DNA of 61,018 bases, counting the filler, from Candidatus Babelota bacterium (GTDB taxonomy: Bacteria; JAGOBX01), in NCBI GenBank assembly GCA_017999075.1. It is 10 parts of 10 records of this genome, joined end to end, with 100 filler letters (N's around TTAATTAATTAA, not from the genome) between each part and the next. Parts side by side here need not be neighbours in the genome. Positions count along the whole stretch, not along the records: positions 36,801 to 42,819 come from JAGOBX010000243.1; positions 42,920 to 48,928 come from JAGOBX010000244.1; positions 49,029 to 54,988 come from JAGOBX010000246.1; positions 55,089 to 61,018 come from JAGOBX010000247.1; 6 more parts are not named here. One strand, given 5' to 3'. A program made the position numbers and the translations under genes. Shown here one piece after another: positions 41,221-55,091 of this stretch. Each line of letters starts with the position of its first letter. Positions within the stretch are counted from its first letter, which is position 1. The notes under the pieces are model-generated. The model made no database searches. It saw nothing but the letters and a program-made list of their open reading frames with translations, and was not told the origin of the DNA.

Positions 41221-41319
41221 AAAAATTATAAATTAAAATAATAGTTTGATTTTATTAGAAATGCGGCAAATGATTAGTTCGCACTTCTTATTTTGATTTT
41301 TTAAAGGAGGATGTTCTTT

Positions 41320-41703
41320 ATGGAATTGCCGAAAAATTTAAAATATTCAAAAGAACATGAATGGTGTAATATTGTTGACGGAATAGCTGTTGTAGGAATT
41401 ACTGATTATGCTCAAAAAGAACTTGGAGATGTTGTTTTTGTTGATTTACCGTCAAAAAACCAATTGGTAACCGCAAATGAAAAATTCGGAGAAATAGAGT
41501 CTGTTAAAGCTGTATCAGATATATTTTCTCCTATCAGCGGAACAATTATTGATGTAAATAATGAATTGTCTGATAATCCTGGATTGGTTAACGAATCGCC
41601 TTTTGAAAAAGGCTGGATGATTAAAGTTAAACCTTCAAATGATTCTGAATTGAATAATTTGATGACTGCTGATTCTTACAAAGAATATATTTCATCTTTG
41701 TAA
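41320..41703 (+). CDS. gcvH: Glycine cleavage system H protein
   Basis: YSKEHEW, GITDYAQKELGDVVFV, ESVKAVSD (lipoyl-Lys); ATG 41320 follows AAGGAGG. Confidence 0.97.
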   Translation: MELPKNLKYSKEHEWCNIVDGIAVVGITDYAQKELGDVVFVDLPSKNQLVTANEKFGEIESVKAVSDIFSPISGTIIDVNNELSDNPGLVNESPFEKGWMIKVKPSNDSELNNLMTADSYKEYISSL

Positions 41704-41728
41704 TAATTTTTATTTTTTGGAAACTATA

Positions 41729-42457
41729 GTGAAAAAAATTATTAAGTTAGGCGTTAATATTGATCATATCGCTACTATTAGACAGGCTCGCGGAGGAAAT
41801 GAACCTGATCCCGTAACTGCTGCTGGAATAGCAGAACTTAACGGAGCAGACGGAATTACAGTTCATCTTAGAGAAGACAGAAGGCATATTCAGGATAGGG
41901 ATCTTGACATTCTTCGGAAAACAGTTAAAACTTCTTTAAATCTTGAAATGGCGAATAATGATGAAATAATTAAAATAGCTTTGGCAGTAAAACCTGATCA
42001 GATTACACTTGTTCCGGAAAAAAGAATGGAACTCACAACTGAAGGCGGTCTTGATGTAGAAAAAAACATTTTTTCTTTGACTGAAACTGTAAAAAAATTT
42101 ATTAATGCAGGAATAACAGTAAGTTTGTTTATTGATCCTGATAAAAAACAGATTGAAGCATCATCCAAAACAGGGGCGTCTCATATAGAACTGCATACCG
42201 GTTCATATGCGAATTCCGATAAAAATAATCATTATTCGGAATTAAATAAAATTCTTGAATCTGCTATGTTTGCAAAGGAACTTGGATTTATTGTTAATGC
42301 AGGACATGGATTGAATTATATTAATGTTTATGATTTGTTTAAGTTTCAGTACTGGAACGAATTCAATATAGGTCATTCAATAATTTCAAAAGCTGTTTTT
42401 TTAGGACTTGACAATGCTGTCAGAGAAATGAAAAATATTTTAATTCATATGCATTAG
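41729..42457 (+). CDS. pdxJ: Pyridoxine 5'-phosphate synthase
   Basis: LGVNIDHIATIRQAR, HLREDRRHI, TTEGGLD, NAGHGL, NIGHSII. Start could alternatively be TTG 41717. Confidence 0.97.
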   Translation: MKKIIKLGVNIDHIATIRQARGGNEPDPVTAAGIAELNGADGITVHLREDRRHIQDRDLDILRKTVKTSLNLEMANNDEIIKIALAVKPDQITLVPEKRMELTTEGGLDVEKNIFSLTETVKKFINAGITVSLFIDPDKKQIEASSKTGASHIELHTGSYANSDKNNHYSELNKILESAMFAKELGFIVNAGHGLNYINVYDLFKFQYWNEFNIGHSIISKAVFLGLDNAVREMKNILIHMH

Positions 42458-42519
42458 GATTTTGAAATAGATTAACTTTCGATTTTTGGAATAAAATTAA
42501 GATATGTTTTAAAATTAAA

Positions 42520-42560
42520 AAAAACATCAAACTGCATTGGAAATGCAGTTTGATGTTTTT
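42520..42560. terminator. Bidirectional intrinsic terminator between convergent pdxJ and the hydrogenase gene
   Basis: Perfect 19-bp stem AAAAACATCAAACTGCATT-gga-AATGCAGTTTGATGTTTTT. Confidence 0.85.
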
Positions 42561-42584
42561 AAAATAGTTTAGAATTATTTCTGT

Positions 42585-42819
42585 TTAATACCTTCCTCTT
42601 GGCGTATAATGTGTATGTAAAAATTTATGTGATATTTTGCTGTTAGGACATTCAAAAAATTCTTCGTAAATCTGTTTTATTTCAGGATTTTCGTGTGATT
42701 TTCTTAATGACAGTAATTCGTCTTCTGAATAAATAGCTTTTGCTCTTGCGTCTCTTACAGCAGGATTTGTGGGTATAGGTTGACCCCCTCCGCCAAGGCA
42801 ACCGCCGGGACACGCCATA
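42585..42819 (-). CDS. [FeFe]-hydrogenase catalytic subunit, C-terminal fragment
   Basis: H-cluster motif MACPGGCLGGGGQP, then RKSHENP...LHTHY. Confidence 0.93.
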
Positions 42820-42919
42820 NNNNNNNNNNNNNNNNNNNNNNNNNNNNNNNNNNNNNNNNNNNNTTAATTAATTAANNNNNNNNNNNNNNNNNNNNNNNNN
42901 NNNNNNNNNNNNNNNNNNN
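42820..42919. other. Artificial contig linker
   Basis: N44-TTAATTAATTAA-N44. Confidence 0.99.
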
Positions 42920-43419
42920 AGTCCATTGCTGTTGTCTAGCTCCTTGTTTTTTATTTTTGCATTGCAGGTTAACTGAGTTAAATATCTCCCTTATATCTTT
43001 ATCTCATATTACTTTGCTTCCAACGCTTTGTCTTAATGAAAATTGTTTTTCGTATCATAATACATTCCTTTTTTCTGAAAGCAATACAAAAAATATTTTT
43101 GAAAAAAATGCAGGAAATAAACACGAAAAATGCAGTAGGTGAAAGTGAAGTTTTTCAAAACATATATGTACGCTTGGTAAAACTTCTAAAAAGCCAAAAA
43201 CTGCTCTATATTTTTTTGTATTTTTGAAAAATTGCTGAAACCTAATATTTTATCGCATATTCAGAAATTTTTCAAATTCCTATTGCAGTTTTTGAGATAA
43301 ATCAGCAGAGACTTTTGTTGAATATATGAAGCATGAAGCAGACATTTATTCAAAATACAAGCAATATTATGGATATGTTTTTTATATTGGTAAAAAAAAT
43401 ATAAAAAAAATGACGACTA

Positions 43420-43887
43420 TTATTTATGCTCATTATTTGGAATCCATCCTGCAATATAATAGTTTCCATTTACAATCCCTACTGGCTGCCCTATTTCAAA
43501 TTTCCCAGTAGCTTTATCAGTTGAATATATTTTTAATAAAAAAACAGGATTAATATTTAATTTATATTTTTTTCCTGAAGCTAATTCTACATCCATTTTC
43601 TTTTCATTAAGAAATTTTTCTATTTTAATTTCTTTTATATTTAATATATTTTGGGTTATATCCTCTGAAAATATTTTTGCTTGTTCAATTGCAATACTAT
43701 CAGAACCTTCTAAATAATATAAATCAAAAATCTGTTTAGAATTTTTTTGTGTTATTCCTTTTTTATATAATTCTAAAAATTGTTCTGGACTTTTGGCATC
43801 TGAAATATTGGTTGTTTTTTTATCACAAGAATATATCGCAAAAAGTATTAAAAATAAACATAAACACAAAATAAAATAATTTTTCAT
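43420..43887 (-). CDS. Hypothetical lipoprotein
   Basis: Signal peptide with lipobox-like IYSC. Confidence 0.7.
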   Translation of the reverse strand: MKNYFILCLCLFLILFAIYSCDKKTTNISDAKSPEQFLELYKKGITQKNSKQIFDLYYLEGSDSIAIEQAKIFSEDITQNILNIKEIKIEKFLNEKKMDVELASGKKYKLNINPVFLLKIYSTDKATGKFEIGQPVGIVNGNYYIAGWIPNNEHK

Positions 43888-43921
43888 AAAGAATGCTATT
43901 TCACTTTTTTTAATAGAACAG

Positions 43922-44740
43922 CTAATTTTTTATTACAGAATCAATTTCAATAATTTTTGTCAGTAATGATTTTATTTTATTTAACGGCAGCATATTTTTT
44001 CCATCACTTAATGCTTTTTCAGGATTTGGATGGGTTTCTAAAAAAAGACCTGCTATTCCTACAGCAGTTGCGCTTCTTGCAAGAACATCAATATATTCTT
44101 TAATACCTCCGGAATGAGTGCCTTCTCCTCCTGGAATTTGAACGCTGTGAGTAACATCAAATATTACAGGATATCCTGTTTTTGACATTTCATACAGAGA
44201 ACACATATCTACAATCCACCGGTTATATCCAAAACAAACTCCCCGTTCAGTGAGAAGTATATTTCCGTTATTCTGTGATTCGATTTTTTTTATTGTATTT
44301 TTTATATCCCAGGGAGCTAAAAATTGTCCTTTTTTTATGTTAACGCATTTTTTACTTTTAGCAGCGGCAATTATCAAATCTGTCTGCCTGCATAAAAAAG
44401 CCGGTATTTGAATTATATCAGCTACTTCTGCTGCTGCCGGAACTTCTTCTTCTTTATGCACATCCACAAGCAAAGAAAGTCCTGTTTCAACTTTTACCTT
44501 TTCCAAAATTTTCAACCCTTTTTCAAGACCTGGACCTCTAAAACTTGATATAGAACTCCGGTTTGCTTTATCAAATGAACTTTTAAAAACAAAAGATATG
44601 TGCAATTGTTCTGTTAATTTTTTCAGAAAATGAGCAGTCTTTAAAACTATTTTTTCTGATTCTATAACACAAGGTCCTGCTATCAGAACTATTCTTGATT
44701 TATTTGAAAATTCAATGTTTCCGACTTTAATTTTTTTCAT
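43922..44740 (-). CDS. kdsA: KDO8P synthase
   Basis: IAGPCVIE, FKSSFDKANRSS, QIPAFLCRQTDL, NIKKGQF, FDVTHSVQ. Confidence 0.98.
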   Translation of the reverse strand: MKKIKVGNIEFSNKSRIVLIAGPCVIESEKIVLKTAHFLKKLTEQLHISFVFKSSFDKANRSSISSFRGPGLEKGLKILEKVKVETGLSLLVDVHKEEEVPAAAEVADIIQIPAFLCRQTDLIIAAAKSKKCVNIKKGQFLAPWDIKNTIKKIESQNNGNILLTERGVCFGYNRWIVDMCSLYEMSKTGYPVIFDVTHSVQIPGGEGTHSGGIKEYIDVLARSATAVGIAGLFLETHPNPEKALSDGKNMLPLNKIKSLLTKIIEIDSVIKN

Positions 44741-44746
44741 AAAAAA

Positions 44747-48245
<3,499 letters not shown>

Positions 48246-48419
48246 CTAAAAACCTCTCAACTATTTATCAGTTTTTCAATAATTTCAAATTAAATCAAAA
48301 AAAATTACTTGAAAAATATTATTATTAAATTAATATTTATAAAATTATATTTAATTATACTTATTTTATAAAATAATACAAATCAATTTTTAATTATAAT
48401 TAATTTATTTTAGAATAAA

Positions 48420-48928
48420 ATGACTTATAAAGTTGCAATTACAAAATCATGTTATGATAATTCTTTGGCTGATTTAAAAAAATGTATTGATTTAATAGGC
48501 GGAATAGAAAAATACGTTAAACAGAACGAAAAAATACTTATTAAACCTAATTTTTTAAGAGCAGGCAAAATTGAAGATGCTGTAACTACTCATCCAGAAA
48601 TAATAAAATCATTATGCATCACTGTTAAAGAAGCAGGCGGAATTCCCATAATAGGCGACAGTCCTGGAAAAGGTACAGTAGACAAACTTATTAATTCAAT
48701 CGGATTAACTGAGTTTTTTAAAAAAAACAACATAAAAATAGTAGATTGTTATACTCCAGTAACAAAAAGAAAACAAATCCGAGGAAGAGAAATTAAATTT
48801 ACTTTATTTAAAGGCATAGAAGAATCCGATAAAATATTTTCTGCCGCAAAATTAAAAACACACGGTCAAATGTTTTTTACAGGAGCAGTTAAAAATTTAT
48901 TCGGGTTAGTGCCTGGAGCTTTAAAACC
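48420..48928 (+). CDS. DUF362 domain Fe-S protein (3'-truncated)
   Basis: ILIKPNFL, TTHP, IGDSP, KLKTH, TGAVKNLFGLVPG. Confidence 0.9.
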
Positions 48929-49028
48929 NNNNNNNNNNNNNNNNNNNNNNNNNNNNNNNNNNNNNNNNNNNNTTAATTAATTAANNNNNNNNNNNNNNNN
49001 NNNNNNNNNNNNNNNNNNNNNNNNNNNN
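48929..49028. other. Artificial contig linker
   Basis: N44-TTAATTAATTAA-N44. Confidence 0.99.
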
Positions 49029-49158
49029 CTTCAACTGAGATCATTTCGGTAAATATAAGTCCTGGTTTGAAAATAGAAATCATTTTTCTGAATGGTTTAT
49101 CTGATATTCCAGCAAGAGGAGCGGTAAATATCGGATTTTCAACTTTGAATTTTTTCAT
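49029..49158 (-). CDS. dusB: tRNA-dihydrouridine synthase, N-terminal fragment
   Basis: APLAGISDKPFR...TEMIS. Confidence 0.85.
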
Positions 49159-49188
49159 AATAAAGTAATATTTCTAATTTGGAAGATT

Positions 49189-49941
49189 TTAATAGAAGCC
49201 GTATTTAAAAAAAATAATTCCATCAAAATTACATCGTTTGATGTAATCCGGAATGTCATTGGTTTGACAGACTGAACCCGTATCTTTACTTGCGTGATAA
49301 AGCGTAGAATCAAATATAAATCCTTCGTGAGATATCAAATGTCCATTTTCAATATTTTTTTTTCTGACAAAAGCGATTCCTGAAATTCCTTTATTTTTTT
49401 TAAAAAAATCATTCAGCATATTCAGGTTTTCTGAAGATAATATTTTAATTTCTATTTTTTTTGAAAAGTCAATATCCAATAATTTATTTCCGTTAGATTT
49501 TTTATTAAGAACGCAAATTATTTTCTGTTCGAGAGGTTTTAAAATATCAGGATAATATAATGAAAAATTCGGATTTGACAATAATCTGTCTTCCGTAAAA
49601 TGTATTCTTGAAACGTAAGAAATTTTGTTTTTTGAATAATAAAAATTATCAATATAATTTTCTATATATTCAGAATAATTTTCGGACACGCTTAAAGATA
49701 ATGAATTTATTACAAATAAAGTGCAATCCTGATAATATAAACTGAATGATGGAAAATTGTCTTTTTCAATTGATAACGGGTTGATTTTATAAGGATTTCC
49801 ATAATAATCAGTTATTATTCTGCGTAATTTTTTATTATAATCATCGTACTTTATTTTTTTTAAAAAAATATTCAGTTCGTCGCTTATAATTGGAACCGAA
49901 TCTTTATTGAAAATAATATTTTGTAAATTTGAAAAAATCAT
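49189..49941 (-). CDS. DUF1460 (NlpC/P60-related, AmiA-like) amidase
   Basis: GNPY, DCTLFV, RIHFTE, ISHEGF, LYHAS. Confidence 0.75.
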   Translation of the reverse strand: MIFSNLQNIIFNKDSVPIISDELNIFLKKIKYDDYNKKLRRIITDYYGNPYKINPLSIEKDNFPSFSLYYQDCTLFVINSLSLSVSENYSEYIENYIDNFYYSKNKISYVSRIHFTEDRLLSNPNFSLYYPDILKPLEQKIICVLNKKSNGNKLLDIDFSKKIEIKILSSENLNMLNDFFKKNKGISGIAFVRKKNIENGHLISHEGFIFDSTLYHASKDTGSVCQTNDIPDYIKRCNFDGIIFFKYGFY

Positions 49942-49989
49942 TTTTTATGTTGAGAATTATAATATAAGAATAATAAATACTTTTTGTTA

Positions 49990-50922
49990 CTATTTTTCAC
50001 GATAATTTTCTATGTATGCCGAAATAGAACCTATAGCTATTTCACTCTTCATTTTAACAGGTATTTTTTTTTCATTTGCAGTCAGCCACACCTGCATTTC
50101 TCCTTTGCTTATAAAAATTCCTTCTTTAAGTAAAATCGGTCTGACTTTATAACACATCATCTTTCCTATTTTAGTATCAATTTTTTCGAGTTTTTCGATT
50201 TTTATATTCAGTTCGTAAATTTCTTCGCTTGAACTTACAGGAACTTTTATAATATCACCGACTTTAAATTTACATATTCTCAGGTAATACATCGCTGCAA
50301 ACGGATCAAAAACATAATTTTCGATTTTGAAATTATTTTTTCCGTGTTCTATTTTATCTTTTTTAAATTTCGATTTATATCGAGTGGCCAGTTTAGAAGA
50401 ATAGTTATATTTTATTAGTTCATTTATTTTTTTGCTTCCTTCACGCTGAACTTTTATATATTTATGTGAAAAAAGATATTCAGAATCAATATAAGAAATA
50501 ATTCTGTCTCTAACTCTGTAAACAGTATCGAAAAATTTTGCTGTCCATGCGTCTGATGTAATCATCATAACAGGTCTGTTAGCTATTGATTGAGCTTTAT
50601 TGACTCTGAATACGGCATTGCCGACGCTTATAAACCCGTATTTTACACTGAATGTTATTTCTTCTCCATATGTGAATGCAGTGTTTTGAGCGTACGTTTT
50701 AGGCAGTAATTTAAGGTTTATGTTATCGTCAGTATCATCCGAAATGGATTCGAGAATTTTTGCCGCTTCTACAGGATTATTGTCTAATGCAGAATTCAAA
50801 GAATCCTTTTCATCCTGTTCAGTATCATCTTCTGAAAAAGAATATCGTATAGAATGCATTGAAAACATCAATAGAATAATAAATACAAAAAATAATATAC
50901 GTTTCATAATTTTAAACATCAA
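49990..50922 (-). CDS. DUF3108 exported protein
   Basis: GEEITFSVKYG, DPFAAMYYLR, VWLTANEKKIPVK. True start may be ATG 50919 or 50907. Confidence 0.85.
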   Translation of the reverse strand: MMFKIMKRILFFVFIILLMFSMHSIRYSFSEDDTEQDEKDSLNSALDNNPVEAAKILESISDDTDDNINLKLLPKTYAQNTAFTYGEEITFSVKYGFISVGNAVFRVNKAQSIANRPVMMITSDAWTAKFFDTVYRVRDRIISYIDSEYLFSHKYIKVQREGSKKINELIKYNYSSKLATRYKSKFKKDKIEHGKNNFKIENYVFDPFAAMYYLRICKFKVGDIIKVPVSSSEEIYELNIKIEKLEKIDTKIGKMMCYKVRPILLKEGIFISKGEMQVWLTANEKKIPVKMKSEIAIGSISAYIENYREK

Positions 50923-50934
50923 ATTTGGTTTTTT

Positions 50935-51936
50935 TTAATTTTTTAAAGTATTTATATTTAAAGCAGAAGCTCCTATCATTCCTGCATCTGACCCGAGTTT
51001 AGTTATGCGTATAGAACATTTTTCGGCAGGTCTTTTAAAGGTTCTGCTTTTGATTTCTTCGATTATTCCTTTTATGAAAAGATTGCCTGATTGCGCAATC
51101 CCCCCTCCTAAAGTTATAAGTTCTATGTTAAAAATATTAATTAGGTTAGATATTCCAATTCCAAGAATTTTGCCGTAATCATCAAAAAGTTTTAATGCTG
51201 TTTTGTCTTTTTTAAATGCTGCTCGAGAAGCTAATTCAGGATTGATTTTATCGGTTTTATTATTAGCGTATTTCAGAATCAGAGAATTTTTATTTTCTTT
51301 TAATTCTAAAGTTTCAATAATTGTTTTGGTGAATCCAGGAGTTCCGGCATAAGCTTCTAAACATCCATAATTTCCGCATCCGCATTTTCTGCCGTCGAAT
51401 TTTATTGTCATGTGCCCGAGTTCTCCTGCATTATTTGAACAGCCGTTATATATTTTTCCGTTAAGAATTATTCCGCCGCCTATTCCAGAACCGAGAGTTA
51501 GATGTATAAGATTATTTGTTTTTAAATATTTTCCCCACCCGAATCTGTATTCTGCGTAAGCCGCGCAGTTAGCATCGTTTTCAATAGATATAGGAATATT
51601 GATTTTTTGTTTTTTAAGTTTGCTTGTGAGATAATCTATAATTTTAAATCCTTTCAACTGCTGCAGATTAGGAGAATTTTCAATAATTCCGTTTTTAACA
51701 TCAATAATTCCAGGAATTCCGATACCGATAAAGTTTACAGGAGCTTTATTGTATTCTACAGATTTATTGTTCAACATAACGATGTTTTTAATTATTTCTA
51801 TGAACATTGATTCTGAAGACATATTCTGGTTTTTAAATGATGTTTTAAAAGTTATTTCGCCTTTTTCATTAATTAATGCCAAACCTACATGTGATCCTCC
51901 GATATCTATTCCTATGTTTACTGATTTATTTTTCAT
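50935..51936 (-). CDS. ROK family sugar kinase
   Basis: GIDIGGS, ENDANCAAYAE, TLGSGIGGG, GELGH, CGCGNYGCLE; ATGA overlap with the MFS gene. Confidence 0.95.
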   Translation of the reverse strand: MKNKSVNIGIDIGGSHVGLALINEKGEITFKTSFKNQNMSSESMFIEIIKNIVMLNNKSVEYNKAPVNFIGIGIPGIIDVKNGIIENSPNLQQLKGFKIIDYLTSKLKKQKINIPISIENDANCAAYAEYRFGWGKYLKTNNLIHLTLGSGIGGGIILNGKIYNGCSNNAGELGHMTIKFDGRKCGCGNYGCLEAYAGTPGFTKTIIETLELKENKNSLILKYANNKTDKINPELASRAAFKKDKTALKLFDDYGKILGIGISNLINIFNIELITLGGGIAQSGNLFIKGIIEEIKSRTFKRPAEKCSIRITKLGSDAGMIGASALNINTLKN

Positions 51937-53117
51937 TGAGAGACAATCCTCCTTATATTTATTGATAATATTAATATGATTGCACATAAAAGAAAAATAG
52001 AATTGAATAAGAACATATCCGAAAATCCTGATTTGTTTGCTATAAAACCGTTTAATGCAAAACCTATTACTGCGCCGATACTGTAAGTTGAACCGACAAA
52101 AATTGATTGACCGCTGTTCTGCAATTTTGAAGGAGATGAAATAAAAATCAAGTTTACAAGACCAGCGTAAAATAATCCGAAAAATAATCCGTGCGCGATT
52201 TGTATTGACATAACAATAATTAAATAATTATCTGTTGAACCTGAAATTTGCGATAAAATAAAGTATTTTGTTAAATGAGCCGCTAATCCTGCAGCCATTG
52301 TGAATTTAATTCCTATAAATTCTATAATGCGGTTTGAAAATAAAAAAATCGGTATTTCAACCAGCACTCCAATCCCCCAGCATAACCCTATCATCTGTGA
52401 ATTCAAATTTAATGTTCCGAGAAATATACTGTAAAACCCGTAAATTACAGTATTGGTAATTTCTATTATCACACATGCAACAAATATCATTATAAAATGT
52501 TTTTTAAAAAAATATAATAAATTTTTAAGTTCGATTTTATGAGGCTCAATGTCGATTTTAGGTTTTTTTATCAAAAATGGGATTGATAAACTTATCATCA
52601 TAAGAAAACCGTTTAATATAAAAAGCCAGTGCAGCCCTTTTTTTTCAACTACAAAACTTAAAATAAAATTAGCAAACAAAAAACCTATTGTTCCCCAAAC
52701 CCTTATTTTTCCATAAGAATAGAATGAAGATTCTGATTTTATAGAATCAAGAGCAGCGCTGTCTGTAAGGGGAAGAAGAGGTTTGAAAAAAAATGCCGCT
52801 AAAATCGTCATCACAAAAACGTAATAGTAATTTACACTTAGTAAAAATAAAAAAATCGCTGAAACATTCCCTATTATGCAGATTAAAATAATACGGTTTC
52901 TATTTTGATTTTTATCGCTTATATATCCCCAAAAAGTAGAACTTAAAAAAGTTACGCCTGTTGATATTGAAAGCAGCATTCCGATATCAGGTTCAGGAAT
53001 CCCTATTTTCTTGAAATATACGGAAATGAACGGACCGTATATCCCCATAGCAGCATAAATTAAAAAATAAAAAATTTTAATGTAAACCTGATTGTCGGAA
53101 CTTTTAAAATTTTGCAT
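51933..53117 (-). CDS. MFS transporter (MFS_1-like; nucleoside/sugar permease type)
   Basis: About 12 TMs; WGYISDK, YGKIRVWGTIGF, VEIP, HGLFFG. Confidence 0.9.
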   Translation of the reverse strand: MQNFKSSDNQVYIKIFYFLIYAAMGIYGPFISVYFKKIGIPEPDIGMLLSISTGVTFLSSTFWGYISDKNQNRNRIILICIIGNVSAIFLFLLSVNYYYVFVMTILAAFFFKPLLPLTDSAALDSIKSESSFYSYGKIRVWGTIGFLFANFILSFVVEKKGLHWLFILNGFLMMISLSIPFLIKKPKIDIEPHKIELKNLLYFFKKHFIMIFVACVIIEITNTVIYGFYSIFLGTLNLNSQMIGLCWGIGVLVEIPIFLFSNRIIEFIGIKFTMAAGLAAHLTKYFILSQISGSTDNYLIIVMSIQIAHGLFFGLFYAGLVNLIFISSPSKLQNSGQSIFVGSTYSIGAVIGFALNGFIANKSGFSDMFLFNSIFLLCAIILILSINIRRIVSQ

Positions 53118-54531
53118 TTAAACCTGCTTCAGCAAAAGATATTCCGCGTTTAATACGCGATAGAATTTTTTCTTTTCCTAAAATGAAAAGAATGTCAAAT
53201 ATACCTGGAGTAGCAGATTTTCCTGATACACAAACCCTGAGAAGATGAATAAGAATTCCTGCTTTAACTGAAAGTTTTTCGGATAATGTTCTGAGTTCTG
53301 TTTCAAGAATTGCCGGGTTTGAAAAATCAGAATTTGAAAAAACATCAAACATTTTTTTTAAATATTCAGCAGAATTATTTTCATAAAAATATTTGTTTAC
53401 TGCGTTTTCGTCATATTTAAAATTATGGGAAAAAAAATAATCTGCATTGATTATAATATCAGTGATTCGTTTAGCTCGAGGTTGAAACAGTTTAATTACA
53501 GAACAACAGTATTCTTTATCATGACTTATTAATAATTCTGATTTAATTTCTTTAATTAAATAACTGTATAATTTTTCCGGAGCGCTATTCATTATATATT
53601 TTGCATTCATCCATTCGAGTTTTTCATAATCGAATACTGCGTCTTTTTTTCCGATTTTATTCAAATCAAATAATCTTACTATTTCGGAATAATTCAATAT
53701 TTCTTTATTGTCAGGTGGAGACCATCCAAGCAGAGAAATATAGTTTATTACTGCTTCTGGAAGAAATCCATTTTCTTTAAACCATTCTACGGAAACTGCT
53801 CCGTGCCGTTTGCTCAGCCGTTTTTTATCTTTACCAAGAATCAGCGGCATATGACAGAATTCAGGAACAGGCATATTAAGCGCATTGTATAAAAGAATTT
53901 GTTTCGGTGTGTTTGACAGGTGGTCATTGCCTCTTATTACCGCAGAAATGTTCATCAGGGAATCGTCAATTACAACAGCAAAATTATATGCCGGCATGCC
54001 ATCTGATTTTAAAATTATGAAATCATCGAGTTCACTTGAATTGAATTCTACATTACCGAGACAAATGTCATTGAAATTTATTTTTTTATTGTCCGGAGTT
54101 TTAAACCTGATAACTTTATTTTGAGATTTTACAGTTTCTGAAACAGGAAGACCGAGACATTTTCTGTCGTATTTCCATATTTGATTTTTTGATGAATGTT
54201 TATTTGAATCAGGTTCCGATTCACTGCGCTGCGGACATATACAATAATAAGCCAACCCTTTTTCAATAAGAGTTTCAGCATATTTTTTATAAATATCAAG
54301 ACGCTGCGACTGGTAATATGGTCCTTCATCCCAGGTTATTCCCAGCCAGGTCAAGGATTTAATTATATTATCGGACATATTAGAATCTGAACGCGTTAAA
54401 TCAGTGTCTTCAATGCGTAAAACAAATTTTCCCGATAATTTATCTGCAGCAATTTTGTTGAACAATGCTGTTCTTGCTCCTCCAATATGCAGATAACCTG
54501 TCGGGCTTGGAGCAAACCGTACTTTGAACAT
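53104..54531 (-). CDS. gltX: Glutamyl-tRNA synthetase
   Basis: RFAPSPTGYLHIGG, LRIEDTD, VIRGNDH, RLSKRHG. Confidence 0.98.
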   Translation of the reverse strand: MFKVRFAPSPTGYLHIGGARTALFNKIAADKLSGKFVLRIEDTDLTRSDSNMSDNIIKSLTWLGITWDEGPYYQSQRLDIYKKYAETLIEKGLAYYCICPQRSESEPDSNKHSSKNQIWKYDRKCLGLPVSETVKSQNKVIRFKTPDNKKINFNDICLGNVEFNSSELDDFIILKSDGMPAYNFAVVIDDSLMNISAVIRGNDHLSNTPKQILLYNALNMPVPEFCHMPLILGKDKKRLSKRHGAVSVEWFKENGFLPEAVINYISLLGWSPPDNKEILNYSEIVRLFDLNKIGKKDAVFDYEKLEWMNAKYIMNSAPEKLYSYLIKEIKSELLISHDKEYCCSVIKLFQPRAKRITDIIINADYFFSHNFKYDENAVNKYFYENNSAEYLKKMFDVFSNSDFSNPAILETELRTLSEKLSVKAGILIHLLRVCVSGKSATPGIFDILFILGKEKILSRIKRGISFAEAGLNAKF

Positions 54532-54549
54532 AATTATATAATTTATATT

Positions 54550-54988
54550 TTATTTGTTTAAATTTTCTCTTCCAAAAGAATACGGGAGCAATTCTATTAA
54601 AGTGGTTTTATACACCTGTTTTACTTTTTTGTTTTCATCAATATTTACGCTTAAAACTATTGCGTCAGGTATTGAAAATTCGCGTAGTTTTTGTCTGCAT
54701 AACCCGCATGGAGTAGGATAACCCTGATCGCATTTTAAAACTACTGCTATCATTATCAGCGGAGCTTCCCCGGCGTAAACCATACAGTTAACAGCCTGCA
54801 TTTCTGCATGCGTAGTTAAAGTGTAATCAGCGCTTTCAATATTGCATCCGTAAAATATTTTTCCTTTTTTTGAAATTGCTGCAGCGCCTACTTTAAAATT
54901 TGAATAAGGGGCGCAAGCGTGTTCTCGCGCTTTGATAGCTTCATTAATCAATTTTTTTTCTTTTGCAGAACATTGACTGAATTTTAAT
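54550..54988 (-). CDS. cdd: Cytidine deaminase (probably 5'-truncated)
   Basis: APYSNFKVGAA, GCNIE, HAE, PCGLCRQ, LLPYSF; frame is open to the contig edge. Confidence 0.93.
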
Positions 54989-55088
54989 NNNNNNNNNNNN
55001 NNNNNNNNNNNNNNNNNNNNNNNNNNNNNNNNTTAATTAATTAANNNNNNNNNNNNNNNNNNNNNNNNNNNNNNNNNNNNNNNNNNNN
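54989..55088. other. Artificial contig linker
   Basis: N44-TTAATTAATTAA-N44. Confidence 0.99.
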
Positions 55089-55091
55089 GTT

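Noticed and set aside
41257-41300. Glycine riboswitch upstream of gcvH
   Set aside because: Only a short hairpin with a U-rich tail; no GGAGA/CCGAAG/CUCUCAGG core. More likely the protease terminator.
42920-43419. CRISPR array or tracrRNA
   Set aside because: No direct repeat-spacer units and no cas genes in the window.
49942-50000. Possible eroded signal peptide upstream of the DUF1460 gene
   Set aside because: Needs several frameshifts or stop corrections; cannot be supported from the sequence alone.
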